A stretch of 64,000 nucleotides of DNA from a virus (Duplodnaviria > Caudoviricetes). Below, in pieces: positions 1 to 8,479 of this stretch. A program made the translations under genes and the position numbers. The notes under the pieces were generated by a model that saw only the letters and a program-made list of their open reading frames with translations, did not search any database and had not been told where the DNA came from. The stretch is taken from IMG/VR virus record IMGVR_UViG_3300031112_000372, positions 2,665-66,664 of that record. One strand, written 5' to 3'. The stretch's first letter is position 1, and each line of letters opens with the position of its first letter.

Positions 1-18
1 ATAGTTAAAAAATATTAT

Positions 19-267
19 GTGCATACGAAAATAAATGATGGAAATCATTTAAATGCACAATATAATTTAAGACTTTCTTATAGCTTGAAGTAAAAAATTG
101 CTCAATCTTCTAAAGAATTAAATCATTCTATGAATGTAGATATTTTAGCTCGGTTGGAGGAAAGCTTTGAGAGAAAAATTAAAGATTTAGGCTATGTGCC
201 TACTGAAGAGCTAATGAAAGAGTTGGTAAAAATATTGGATGGGTTTAGCGTGGTAGTTAATAAGTGA
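19..267 (+). pseudogene. Arc-family (ribbon-helix-helix) DNA-binding protein with an in-frame stop
   Basis: Frame 1 reads AQYNLRLSYSLK*KIAQSSKELNHSMNVDILARLEESF, an Arc/Mnt-like pattern. TAA at 91-93. Terminal TGA 265-267 overlaps the next ATG. Start position uncertain. Confidence 0.7.
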
Positions 268-1013
268 TGCATCATATAAAAAATAAATTTGAAGCTTTTC
301 TCTATAACGGCAAACAAGCAGGATTAGTCTTTATTTTATTATTAATAATATTATTAATGTTACCTATTTCTGTTTATGGAATGATATTTTTTAATTCCAT
401 ATCACAAGAGGAGGTAAATTATTATTCAAAGTTTGGAGCATGGTTTACTACTTTGGGTGCAATTTTTACAGTAATTAATACTATTGTAGTTATTTACTTA
501 ATGATTTGGTTACATCATAAAGAATCTCAGGCTAATTTGTTTCCACGTTTTCAAGAATTACAAGATAAACTGACAAAAATTTCTAGCATATTTGATCAAG
601 AAGTTGATAGTTTTTTGGATAAACAATCTGCAGCGGCTACGGAATTAGAGATGATTCATTTCGAAGCTCCTAATAGCTCACCTCAGTATGAAAGAGCTTA
701 TAGTTCAGAAATTACTAATATAGATGAAATTATAGTAAAAATTCATGAATTAAAATCCAAATTGAGGTTATTTAGAGATAAATTTTATTCAATAAGTTTA
801 GATATTGACAACCTTAAGGTAACTGCAATAAAAATTCATAAGGTGGATGAATTAAGTACTTTGCACAGACCTATCAATACTTATATGAAAGCCTTCCATA
901 GTAATTACTATGCAGATGATAGAGATCCCGATGATATGATTTTAGAGGCAAAAAATAATGCATTAACTTCAATTCAACAAATAATTGATATTTTAGAAGA
1001 AAAAGCACCCTAG
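264..1013 (+). CDS. Hypothetical membrane protein (two N-terminal hydrophobic helices plus helical C-terminus), cargo
   Basis: 249-aa ORF, AT-rich, hydrophobic segments around aa 19-43 and 57-83. Confidence 0.75.
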   Translation: MMHHIKNKFEAFLYNGKQAGLVFILLLIILLMLPISVYGMIFFNSISQEEVNYYSKFGAWFTTLGAIFTVINTIVVIYLMIWLHHKESQANLFPRFQELQDKLTKISSIFDQEVDSFLDKQSAAATELEMIHFEAPNSSPQYERAYSSEITNIDEIIVKIHELKSKLRLFRDKFYSISLDIDNLKVTAIKIHKVDELSTLHRPINTYMKAFHSNYYADDRDPDDMILEAKNNALTSIQQIIDILEEKAP

Positions 1014-1022
1014 GGTGCTTTA
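1001..1022. terminator. Bidirectional hairpin terminator between convergent genes
   Basis: aaaagcaccc-ta-gggtgctttа-type inverted repeat (AAGCACCC TA GGGTGCTT) overlapping both stop codons. Confidence 0.6.
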
Positions 1023-1937
1023 TATACATGACTCATATAACTGATATAATCCATGGCTCTTCAAAGTACTAATGGCAATTTGTTCACCAATTACAGAAAT
1101 ACCAAAATAATGCCCTTTAAATAATTTATCGTAGTCCTCTACTATCTTTTTATAAGTTAAAGCTGAATTTTGGAGAATGGCCTTAAAAATATCTTTTTCC
1201 TTTATTCCCATACCTGAATAATGGTGTGTATGTTTATCAATGGCTTGATAAGAAAAATGGTTATTATTATGTATTAATACACCTATAGATTCTAAATACT
1301 TCGCGTCTTTTAAATTAACTTGTTCATATTGAGAGAATGGTAGGATTAACGTTTTAATTATTTCATTTATATTCTCTAAAAATTTTTCAATTTTTTGATC
1401 AGCTTTCCAGTCTTCTTCTTTTGTATACTTCGGTAAAAAATTATCAATAAGAAAAATGAAAACTATAAAATCTATATGTCTAGCCACAAGCTTTGGTACT
1501 ATCTCTATTGCCTGATTACAGATTAAGTTATTAAAATCATCTGTACTCGCTAACATTTTAGTATTTATTAATTTAATTAAAAGGTGTGAATTAACTTTTT
1601 CACCATATCTTGCAACTATTTGTAAGGACTGATTAAGACAAAATTGCATATCAGGATCAGCTAATTTATTAATTACAATAGCTTCAATATCTTTACTTAA
1701 ACTATTTTTTAAATCGATAGAGAATTTTTCAATATTTTCATTAGCTACTTTAGCAGCTTCTTCTCGCAATTTAGGAAAATTTAATTCAAAAATTTGATTA
1801 CAAAGTGGTATAACATCTGTGATTTGGACTCCAGCATTAATAGTCAAGCCACTTATATGGTCAGCCTGTAAAGCAATAGAACCACCTTCTACATTTTGTT
1901 CTTGATTATTGGGCATTATCTTACTCCACATTTCCAT
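1020..1937 (-). CDS. LPO_1073/Vpar_1526-like protein with an N-terminal motif shared with the upstream peptide
   Basis: N-terminal EQNVEGGSIALQADHI, then FELNFPKLREEA and KLADPDMQFCLNQ, which I recall from this family. Start may be M8 (1916). Confidence 0.65.
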   Translation of the reverse strand: MEMWSKIMPNNQEQNVEGGSIALQADHISGLTINAGVQITDVIPLCNQIFELNFPKLREEAAKVANENIEKFSIDLKNSLSKDIEAIVINKLADPDMQFCLNQSLQIVARYGEKVNSHLLIKLINTKMLASTDDFNNLICNQAIEIVPKLVARHIDFIVFIFLIDNFLPKYTKEEDWKADQKIEKFLENINEIIKTLILPFSQYEQVNLKDAKYLESIGVLIHNNNHFSYQAIDKHTHHYSGMGIKEKDIFKAILQNSALTYKKIVEDYDKLFKGHYFGISVIGEQIAISTLKSHGLYQLYESCI

Positions 1938-2193
1938 TTCCTTTATTTATCACTACTTCCTTAATAACATCAGCTTGTAATCCAATTGAGTCATCAGAAA
2001 TTTTTTGTTCCTTAGTTACAGATGTGGAAGGCAGGATATTATCTACTTTTTTAGACATTTTAAAACCTGATAAAAACACTATAAATGAAGCTAAAAATGC
2101 ACTCCATGAATCAAAGCCTGGCTTTAATATTGCCCATAGTAATGTAAGAATAGAACTTAAACCTGCCACTATAATAATAATCACTCTCAACAT
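1921..2193 (-). CDS. Small 2-TM protein whose C-terminal motif repeats the N-terminus of the downstream protein
   Basis: 90 aa, two hydrophobic helices (about aa 3-24 and 30-44). C-terminal EQKISDDSIGLQADVIKEVVINKG. Overlaps the next ORF. Confidence 0.8.
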   Translation of the reverse strand: MLRVIIIIVAGLSSILTLLWAILKPGFDSWSAFLASFIVFLSGFKMSKKVDNILPSTSVTKEQKISDDSIGLQADVIKEVVINKGNGNVE

Positions 2194-2569
2194 ATCAGTC
2201 TCATTTAATTACTTCGATTAAATTAAATTTTTTTTAGTTTCATTAAGATATCAGATCGGATTAAATTTTCACATAACACTAACTCTTCAAGCCAAATATT
2301 TTTGCTACATCTTTCACAGTAGCCTTCATATAAAATCTTATTACCTAATTTTCCTACAGTTGTTCTCGTTTCTATTTTTCTAAGTCTCACACGCGCACCC
2401 TAACGACCTAATACAATTTTTAGCTTTTTCTAAAATTAGAACCCATCATTACTTTTTTCGATAGTGAAGAATCTTTTAATTTAACTTATGATGAACTTGT
2501 CGAAATTATTAGTAAGGTTCGAATGACTGGACCACAAATGATTCCAATCTTAGGAACAGTTGGTGATTA

Positions 2570-3238
2570 ATGAATAAACATGCCTTTTCCATAAGTATTA
2601 TGATTATAGGGTTAATTTTAATATTCCTACTTTTTAGTATTTTTGGAATTTTATATTTCTACTGGGGTAATGCTAAAGCCGTTCAAGATAGCCTTTCAAC
2701 TACTGGTAGTATATTCAGTGCAATTGCAACACTTGGTGCAGCCTGTGTTGCAGCTTTTCTATTTAATGACTGGCGAACAGTTCATTCAACTGAAAGTGAT
2801 ACTCAAGACGCAAAAAATCTTCAAAATACTATTTTTGCTATTAAGGGCCTTCTCGATAATGAAATGAACTTTATTGAAATACACTCAATTATGCTTAATA
2901 GTGAAGAGTTTAGAACTCAAGCTAAAATAAACATTGAAGAACTTCATAAAAGATATTGGCCACTCAGAGTAGATATGTCGCTGCAAATATCAATATTTAA
3001 TAATAATGTACTTAATGGAGATAAGCTTTTAGATAATAGTGAAGATATAATATTCCAACATTATTTTTATACTATTACCACCTTGCTTGAGGCAATCCAT
3101 TTAGGAAAACATGAATCTGATAAAATTTATTTTGGAAATTTACTAAATCATTGTAAAAACGAAGAAAAGATTATCTTTGATAACCTAGTTAACAAAATAA
3201 ACGATCTAATCTTAAAAAAGATTAAACCCATCAATTAA
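2570..3238 (+). CDS. Hypothetical membrane protein (N-terminal TM pair), cargo
   Basis: 222-aa ORF with hydrophobic N-terminus and ATLGAACVAAFLFNDWR segment. Confidence 0.75.
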   Translation: MNKHAFSISIMIIGLILIFLLFSIFGILYFYWGNAKAVQDSLSTTGSIFSAIATLGAACVAAFLFNDWRTVHSTESDTQDAKNLQNTIFAIKGLLDNEMNFIEIHSIMLNSEEFRTQAKINIEELHKRYWPLRVDMSLQISIFNNNVLNGDKLLDNSEDIIFQHYFYTITTLLEAIHLGKHESDKIYFGNLLNHCKNEEKIIFDNLVNKINDLILKKIKPIN

Positions 3239-3336
3239 GCCCTCCTCAAAGGGCTTTCACACAAATACCGATATTTACATTACTGTTGATCGTATGAGCT
3301 GTGCAGCCAGATAACAGAATATACAGCATTAAAGCC

Positions 3337-3654
3337 CTAAACATCGATCGGCACCATGTCTACCGTTTGCCCAGCTAATTCATGATGACAATCTGATAAG
3401 AATTGAATCTTTCCATCGGTCAAGAATAAGTGGCAGCGGCTTGCTGGATAATGGTCATTAACAAGTAATGAGGGTGTAAAGGTTGGCTTTTCAATATCCC
3501 CGTTAAAATTCCAGATGCTGCCGTTATGATGTGCGCCATCCTTCACATGGAATGGATGTAAATACTTACAACCGGGGCACTTAAACATATAAATGCCGCT
3601 GCTCCAGTATTCTAAAAATGGCGTGAGCTCAGTGACTGTTTCTGATTGAGTCAT
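3337..3654 (-). CDS. DUF6527-like phage protein (CPGC/His motifs) downstream of the endolysin
   Basis: FKCPGC...WNFNGDIEKPTFTPSLL...CHLFLTDGKIQFLSDCHH pattern. Confidence 0.7.
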   Translation of the reverse strand: MTQSETVTELTPFLEYWSSGIYMFKCPGCKYLHPFHVKDGAHHNGSIWNFNGDIEKPTFTPSLLVNDHYPASRCHLFLTDGKIQFLSDCHHELAGQTVDMVPIDV

Positions 3655-4200
3655 TCACATCACCACTCGATTATTGATCCAGCCATAAAAAAACTGTTCT
3701 TGTGAAGGATTGCATTCACAGATTTCAATGTAGCACTGGCCTTGCATAATATTAAGTACTCGCACTAATACTTTCTCTCCTTCTTTACCACGCTTAGACA
3801 GATAAGTTTTAAGTGCATTTAAAGTAGCTGGACCATAAACCCCATCAACTTTAAGGTCAGGCCACCCTGCTTTACCTTGGTTGTTAAGTAGATTTAATGC
3901 ACGCTGTAAAAGAGGTTTTGCAAAGCCGGTACCACAGTTCACGCCAGTATCTAAAAGCTCTTCTGCCACAGCAGAGTTAATCGAATTCACCTGGTCAAAA
4001 CGTGGAACTGTCCAATAATTCTTTCGGTAAATAGCTTTGGCCACATCAAGCGGCAAATCTTTCATATTGCCCTCAAACCCATTTATTCGGGCAACCGCTT
4101 CAGTAATACCGTATTTAGTTGCGCCTCCTCGATCGGCAGGATTATTTACATAACCACCTTCGCGTTTAATGAGTTCTTCAAGATATTGTTCAATGTTCAT
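3655..4200 (-). CDS. Endolysin, glycoside hydrolase family 108 with C-terminal peptidoglycan-binding domain
   Basis: EGGYVNNPADRGGATKYGIT motif. Likely start MNIEQ at 4200, not the track's 4350. Confidence 0.92.
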   Translation of the reverse strand: MNIEQYLEELIKREGGYVNNPADRGGATKYGITEAVARINGFEGNMKDLPLDVAKAIYRKNYWTVPRFDQVNSINSAVAEELLDTGVNCGTGFAKPLLQRALNLLNNQGKAGWPDLKVDGVYGPATLNALKTYLSKRGKEGEKVLVRVLNIMQGQCYIEICECNPSQEQFFYGWINNRVVM

Positions 4201-4259
4201 TTCACTTTCCTTTTGACGTAAAAAAGCCACCCGTAGGTGGCGCAGTTTTTTAAGTTGGT

Positions 4260-4409
4260 TCATGCTTTTATAGAAGCAATTATTACATCCAACTTCCACA
4301 TTAAGATTGGGATGGAAAACAAAAGAATAAATGCAATTATTGTTTGCCATAAGCCGTACTTTTCAATAGACACTTTTATAAGCTCCACTATTGGTTTAAA
4401 ATGCTCCAT
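4260..4409 (-). CDS. Unannotated 49-aa hydrophobic peptide (type I toxin-like)
   Basis: MEHFKPIVELIKVSIEKYGLWQTIIAFILLFSIPILMWKLDVIIASIKA*. AAGGAG RBS about 12 nt upstream. Below the ORF-track size cut-off. Confidence 0.75.
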   Translation of the reverse strand: MEHFKPIVELIKVSIEKYGLWQTIIAFILLFSIPILMWKLDVIIASIKA

Positions 4410-4485
4410 ATAGATATATCTTCTCCTTAATCTAGCTCTGGTTAAGTTGATAAAAAACCTCAGTGCTCCAACACTGGGGTTTTTG
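4409..4485 (+). ncRNA. Putative antisense sRNA across the RBS/leader of the 49-aa peptide
   Basis: Plus-strand -10 TAAAAT at 4397-4402; hairpin plus U-tract at about 4454-4485. Inferred, not demonstrated. Confidence 0.45.
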
Positions 4486-4596
4486 CTTTTTGATCATAGA
4501 AAACCTAGCTATGAGTATCCTCCGGCCCGATTTCCATGTAATAAAAAACCGCCCGAAGGCGGCTCTTGAGAAAAATCAGTTAATTCAATTTGTTTT

Positions 4597-5370
4597 TTAC
4601 AAAGCTGCTCCGCAAATATCCTTAGTACCTGATGGATAAGTTTGTGTAATTTTTGATTGATCCAGCAAGAACTCGATTGAGACATCTTTGTTCGCATCAG
4701 TTGCTGCTAAATCATAATAATTTGAAGTTAATGAAAAATATAGGTTATCTAGTTTAGAAGGGAAAGTTGCAAAATAGCCTTTGTTAACCCCATTAAAAAC
4801 TAAACCAACTTGATTAGAGTTCTGATTAATATAGATACCAATCTTTTGATAGCCATCAGAAGTAACTTCTGGAGCTAACTTAAATCCATTAGAAACCAAT
4901 GCATCATCATTTGATGTGGTTTGAAAATAGAAATGATTAGCTGTGGGTCCATGTTGGTAAGCAACTATGATATTCATAGCCTTACCGTTCTGCATAATTC
5001 CTGCTGCTAAAGCTGGAAAAATATTTACATATCCGGTATTACCTAATGTAGGAATTTTAATTTTATATTCAAAAGCTATAATTCCAGTGGTGGGTATTAT
5101 TTTGTCACCACGCGTATAAAGTGAAGCTTGATTATCATTTGCTGCTAATGCCCTTGTCAGATAATCCTGACTATAAGCCATATAAATCGGGCTTTGCTGA
5201 GACGTCTTATAGGAAAACTTATTTCCTGTAATAGTTGGGAACTTCTGAACAGAAGTATTACCTAAAGATTGTAACTGAGTTAATGTTGCATCAAAGCTAT
5301 AAGTACATTCTGCAAAAGCACTACTTATTCCACTGAAGCCCATTATTGTTGCTAAAATTATCTTTTTCAC
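4597..5370 (-). CDS. Secreted DUF4882-like protein (paralogue 1)
   Basis: Signal peptide, CTYSFDAT N-terminal motif and YPSGTKDICG C-terminus, both shared with 26313..27188. Confidence 0.7.
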   Translation of the reverse strand: MKKIILATIMGFSGISSAFAECTYSFDATLTQLQSLGNTSVQKFPTITGNKFSYKTSQQSPIYMAYSQDYLTRALAANDNQASLYTRGDKIIPTTGIIAFEYKIKIPTLGNTGYVNIFPALAAGIMQNGKAMNIIVAYQHGPTANHFYFQTTSNDDALVSNGFKLAPEVTSDGYQKIGIYINQNSNQVGLVFNGVNKGYFATFPSKLDNLYFSLTSNYYDLAATDANKDVSIEFLLDQSKITQTYPSGTKDICGAAL

Positions 5371-5488
5371 GGCTTTATCCTATTTTTATTTTGAACATTT
5401 AGTATAAACAAGTCTCTAAATATTTTAATTAAATCCGATAAATGATAGAAAAATAAGTGAACTATTTAATAATACCGCCCGAAGGCGG

Positions 5489-5878
5489 TTAACTATTTTG
5501 AATATCATCTTTGGCTTTTTTAACTTCTTTGATTACTTCAACAATTGTTTTACCTTCCTGTTTATCAATAAAGTTAAAGATCCAGCGGACTAAAGCCCAA
5601 CCTGGGATACCACAAATAAAGAAGAAGCCACCAAGTGCTATCATCCCCCATACATCAGTAACCCATTCATGAAGCCCCCACTTCACAATAATGAATGATC
5701 CACCTGCTAAACTTGATACGACTGTACAAATGAGCCCAACGGCCCATTCTTGAGGTGAGCGCGGCATACGTGTCATCAATACAACTGCTGCAACTAATGC
5801 GACCGCTAAAGTCACCATGATTGCCGCACCATAAAATTTTAAAATTGCTGTTAAACCACTAGTGGAAACTGGTTCCAT
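5489..5878 (-). CDS. Putative holin
   Basis: 129 aa, three hydrophobic helices, charged C-terminal tail, upstream of the endolysin in the late operon. Confidence 0.75.
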   Translation of the reverse strand: MEPVSTSGLTAILKFYGAAIMVTLAVALVAAVVLMTRMPRSPQEWAVGLICTVVSSLAGGSFIIVKWGLHEWVTDVWGMIALGGFFFICGIPGWALVRWIFNFIDKQEGKTIVEVIKEVKKAKDDIQNS

Positions 5879-5953
5879 TTATTTCTCCAGAAAATTTAGA
5901 CAATAAAAAGCCCTGTGCTATGAAGCAAAGGGCTTATGATGGGTTATTGAGTA

Positions 5954-7246
5954 TTAAGCTTGGTCTGTCCACGTTCCTGAGCGATCAAATGCCCACGTGG
6001 TAGCGTTAAGAGCAATTACGCGCAACTTACTACCCAAGGCATTACTTTCCATGTATTTGCCAGCTGCTTTACCGATAAAATTAGCCCCTGCATTCGGGAT
6101 GATTCGTAAATTTTGTGCAGTATCAATACCAAACTCGAAAGTTAAGCCCTTTGTCGGGACGGGAAGCGTGACATTTTGACTACCACTCGCACCAAAATTA
6201 GAGCAATAACCGTTTGAGTAAATAGTCGAAACAGTTGCCCCTATTAACCCAGTGATTACTCGTTTTTTAAAACCACTAAGTTCATTAAGGTTTGTATAAA
6301 CCATTGAGCCATTGCCTGAAGTTTTTGGTGTGAATATTCGATCGCCAGAATCCGAAATATCTTCACGGTGTTGTACTACAGATCCTTTGAACCAAAGCTT
6401 GGTAAAAGTACCTGTATGTCCACTTGGCTGACTAATACGAATTACATGGTTAGCAGCCTGCCATGCAGCATAATTTTCAGGAGCACCTTGGGCAGAGCGT
6501 ATTTGTCTCTTACCCACATTAAGCGTCACATCTTGGACCAGATCCATATTAATAGCCCACCCACCAGGCGAAATAGATTGAAAACCTCCTATCTTCAAGG
6601 TCTTAGTTGATGCCCCTTCTATACTATTTTTACTATCTAGAGCTTCCCCGTTCAATGCTATACCAATGTGAGCCGTAGCTGCATCAGTAACATCCCCACC
6701 AATTTGAAATGAATCAGTGATAGCTGGGTCATTAAATCGAAATAAAACCGACGAACGACACCCCCCAGTCCCTCGAAGGGCATCATTCTCAACGACAAAC
6801 GCTGGATGATACTTGCTACGAATGTTATACGTATTACCGTTTCGAGCGCCCCTCTCACCCTCAAAATTTTTAAAATACACTTGGCGAGAAGCTTGCCATC
6901 TTTCGGCTTCGGGTATCGTGTATCGGCTCTCATACCCTGAATCATCAACAACAACACAATTGTCATTCATTGCTGCATAGACTGCACTAGGATTTGATGT
7001 AGCACTCCACTTTACATTGCGCGGAATATATAGGGCTTCCCCTTCAGATAATTGAGACAGAGCATTCAATATAAGAGCTGTGTGGTCAGTTGTTTGGTCT
7101 GCTAGAACTGTTCCAAACTCACGAAGATCACGCCAATGAGCATAACCGTGTGCCAAAGTTACATTATTTATTTCATGTTGGTTTTTATCGCCATCAATTA
7201 CATCAGTTGCATTTACTGTAGCCATTGCATTACCTCTTAATTGCAT
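5954..7246 (-). CDS. Tailspike/receptor-binding-like protein with a pectate-lyase-3-like N-terminal motif
   Basis: DLREFGTVLADQTTDHTALILNAL resembles the VKDFGAxGDGxTDDTxAIQxAL motif. Lies between tail tip and holin. Start may be MATVN (7225). Confidence 0.5.
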   Translation of the reverse strand: MQLRGNAMATVNATDVIDGDKNQHEINNVTLAHGYAHWRDLREFGTVLADQTTDHTALILNALSQLSEGEALYIPRNVKWSATSNPSAVYAAMNDNCVVVDDSGYESRYTIPEAERWQASRQVYFKNFEGERGARNGNTYNIRSKYHPAFVVENDALRGTGGCRSSVLFRFNDPAITDSFQIGGDVTDAATAHIGIALNGEALDSKNSIEGASTKTLKIGGFQSISPGGWAINMDLVQDVTLNVGKRQIRSAQGAPENYAAWQAANHVIRISQPSGHTGTFTKLWFKGSVVQHREDISDSGDRIFTPKTSGNGSMVYTNLNELSGFKKRVITGLIGATVSTIYSNGYCSNFGASGSQNVTLPVPTKGLTFEFGIDTAQNLRIIPNAGANFIGKAAGKYMESNALGSKLRVIALNATTWAFDRSGTWTDQA

Positions 7247-7474
7247 TTAATTGGAAGCATTATTTAAATCTCTAAATAATTTAGTTTTATGAATTTTTAG
7301 AACTATGGAGTTTCCCGATATTAAATCCACCTTATTTACGATCAATAATAAAATCAAAAGCTTGGTTAAAATCGACCAATATGAGATTTTTTAAATGTTT
7401 CTTTTGGTTAACTCTTAGTTATTAAATTTTAGATTTGTCTAGAATGTTAAAGTAGCTGTTAAGGAGAGCATATT

Positions 7475-8404
7475 ATGAAAAATAATATTATACGGACTAT
7501 ACCAATTTTTTTATGCTTTTTACTAAGCGCATGTGGAGAAGACAATGATGAGCAGTTTCCCCCCTCAAAAAATGCCATAAATAGTCAATTGACTTTAATA
7601 AAAGACAACACGTCATTCTCATTAAGAGTCAAAGAAGAAACAAATGATACTGAACAACCTGTATATTTGTATAAACAAGGCTTCCTCAAAAACAACAATT
7701 TATTCGAACCATCTGAAAATCAATTGGAATACAACTTCTTGTTAAAAGATCAAAGTAATAATAATCACATATATAAAATTACACTGCGATATAAAAGCAA
7801 TGACTTTAATAACCAACCTATCGGTATTGAATTTATTGACCAGACAACTAATTCAACCCAAGTATTTAATTGTAGCTCTATAGCATATCCTTGTATAAAC
7901 ATCACTACTGCAGTAGATAAAAATACAGGTAAAAGTGAAGTCAAGTTTAATAAAACGAATCTTAGAAATACACAGTCCACAATTGAAGTTAACGGAAGTA
8001 TTGTCGGTGAACTTGTTGTTAATCCTCCTAATATTAATGTCATCTCAAGTAGCAATCAGAATCATGTATTAAATATATATGATAATAATGGAAATTTTCA
8101 AAGTACTTTAGATGGAAAGCTTCAATTCATACAGTTTATTAATCATAATATTATGAATTTCAATACAGGATCATCTAATATTTATGATTTTATTAGGGTA
8201 AAAACAATAAATAATAAAGTTACAGATTTTGAACTTATAAGTAACATTGATCCTAATAGTAGCCGTAAAGTTGATCCAAACTCATTTGATAAATTCCTAT
8301 ATAATCCTAATACTTATATTTTTAATATTACCCAACCGAACTTGACCTATTATGACTCCGCAAGTTCAAGCAACCAGTATATTGAAGGTAACCTTGGTCC
8401 TTAA
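7475..8404 (+). CDS. Lipoprotein cargo gene (moron), opposite to the late operon
   Basis: Lipobox LSAC at aa 16-19; Asn-rich and AT-rich; flanked by hairpins. Confidence 0.8.
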   Translation: MKNNIIRTIPIFLCFLLSACGEDNDEQFPPSKNAINSQLTLIKDNTSFSLRVKEETNDTEQPVYLYKQGFLKNNNLFEPSENQLEYNFLLKDQSNNNHIYKITLRYKSNDFNNQPIGIEFIDQTTNSTQVFNCSSIAYPCINITTAVDKNTGKSEVKFNKTNLRNTQSTIEVNGSIVGELVVNPPNINVISSSNQNHVLNIYDNNGNFQSTLDGKLQFIQFINHNIMNFNTGSSNIYDFIRVKTINNKVTDFELISNIDPNSSRKVDPNSFDKFLYNPNTYIFNITQPNLTYYDSASSSNQYIEGNLGP

Positions 8405-8479
8405 GTTTTAAGTCTGATTAAGCTAAAAATTAAAATCATTAAAGCACCCTGTATGGGTGCTTTAAGCTCTTTAAAAGTA

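Noticed and set aside
2424-2570. Start-less frame KLEPIITFFDSEESFNLTYDELVEII...GTVGD* before the 2570 gene
   Set aside because: Possible gene remnant, but bounded by an upstream stop with no convincing start.
3655-4350. 231-aa endolysin with an N-terminal extension
   Set aside because: The extension crosses a terminator-like hairpin and the separate 4260..4409 ORF; the GH108 domain and an RBS support a start at 4200.
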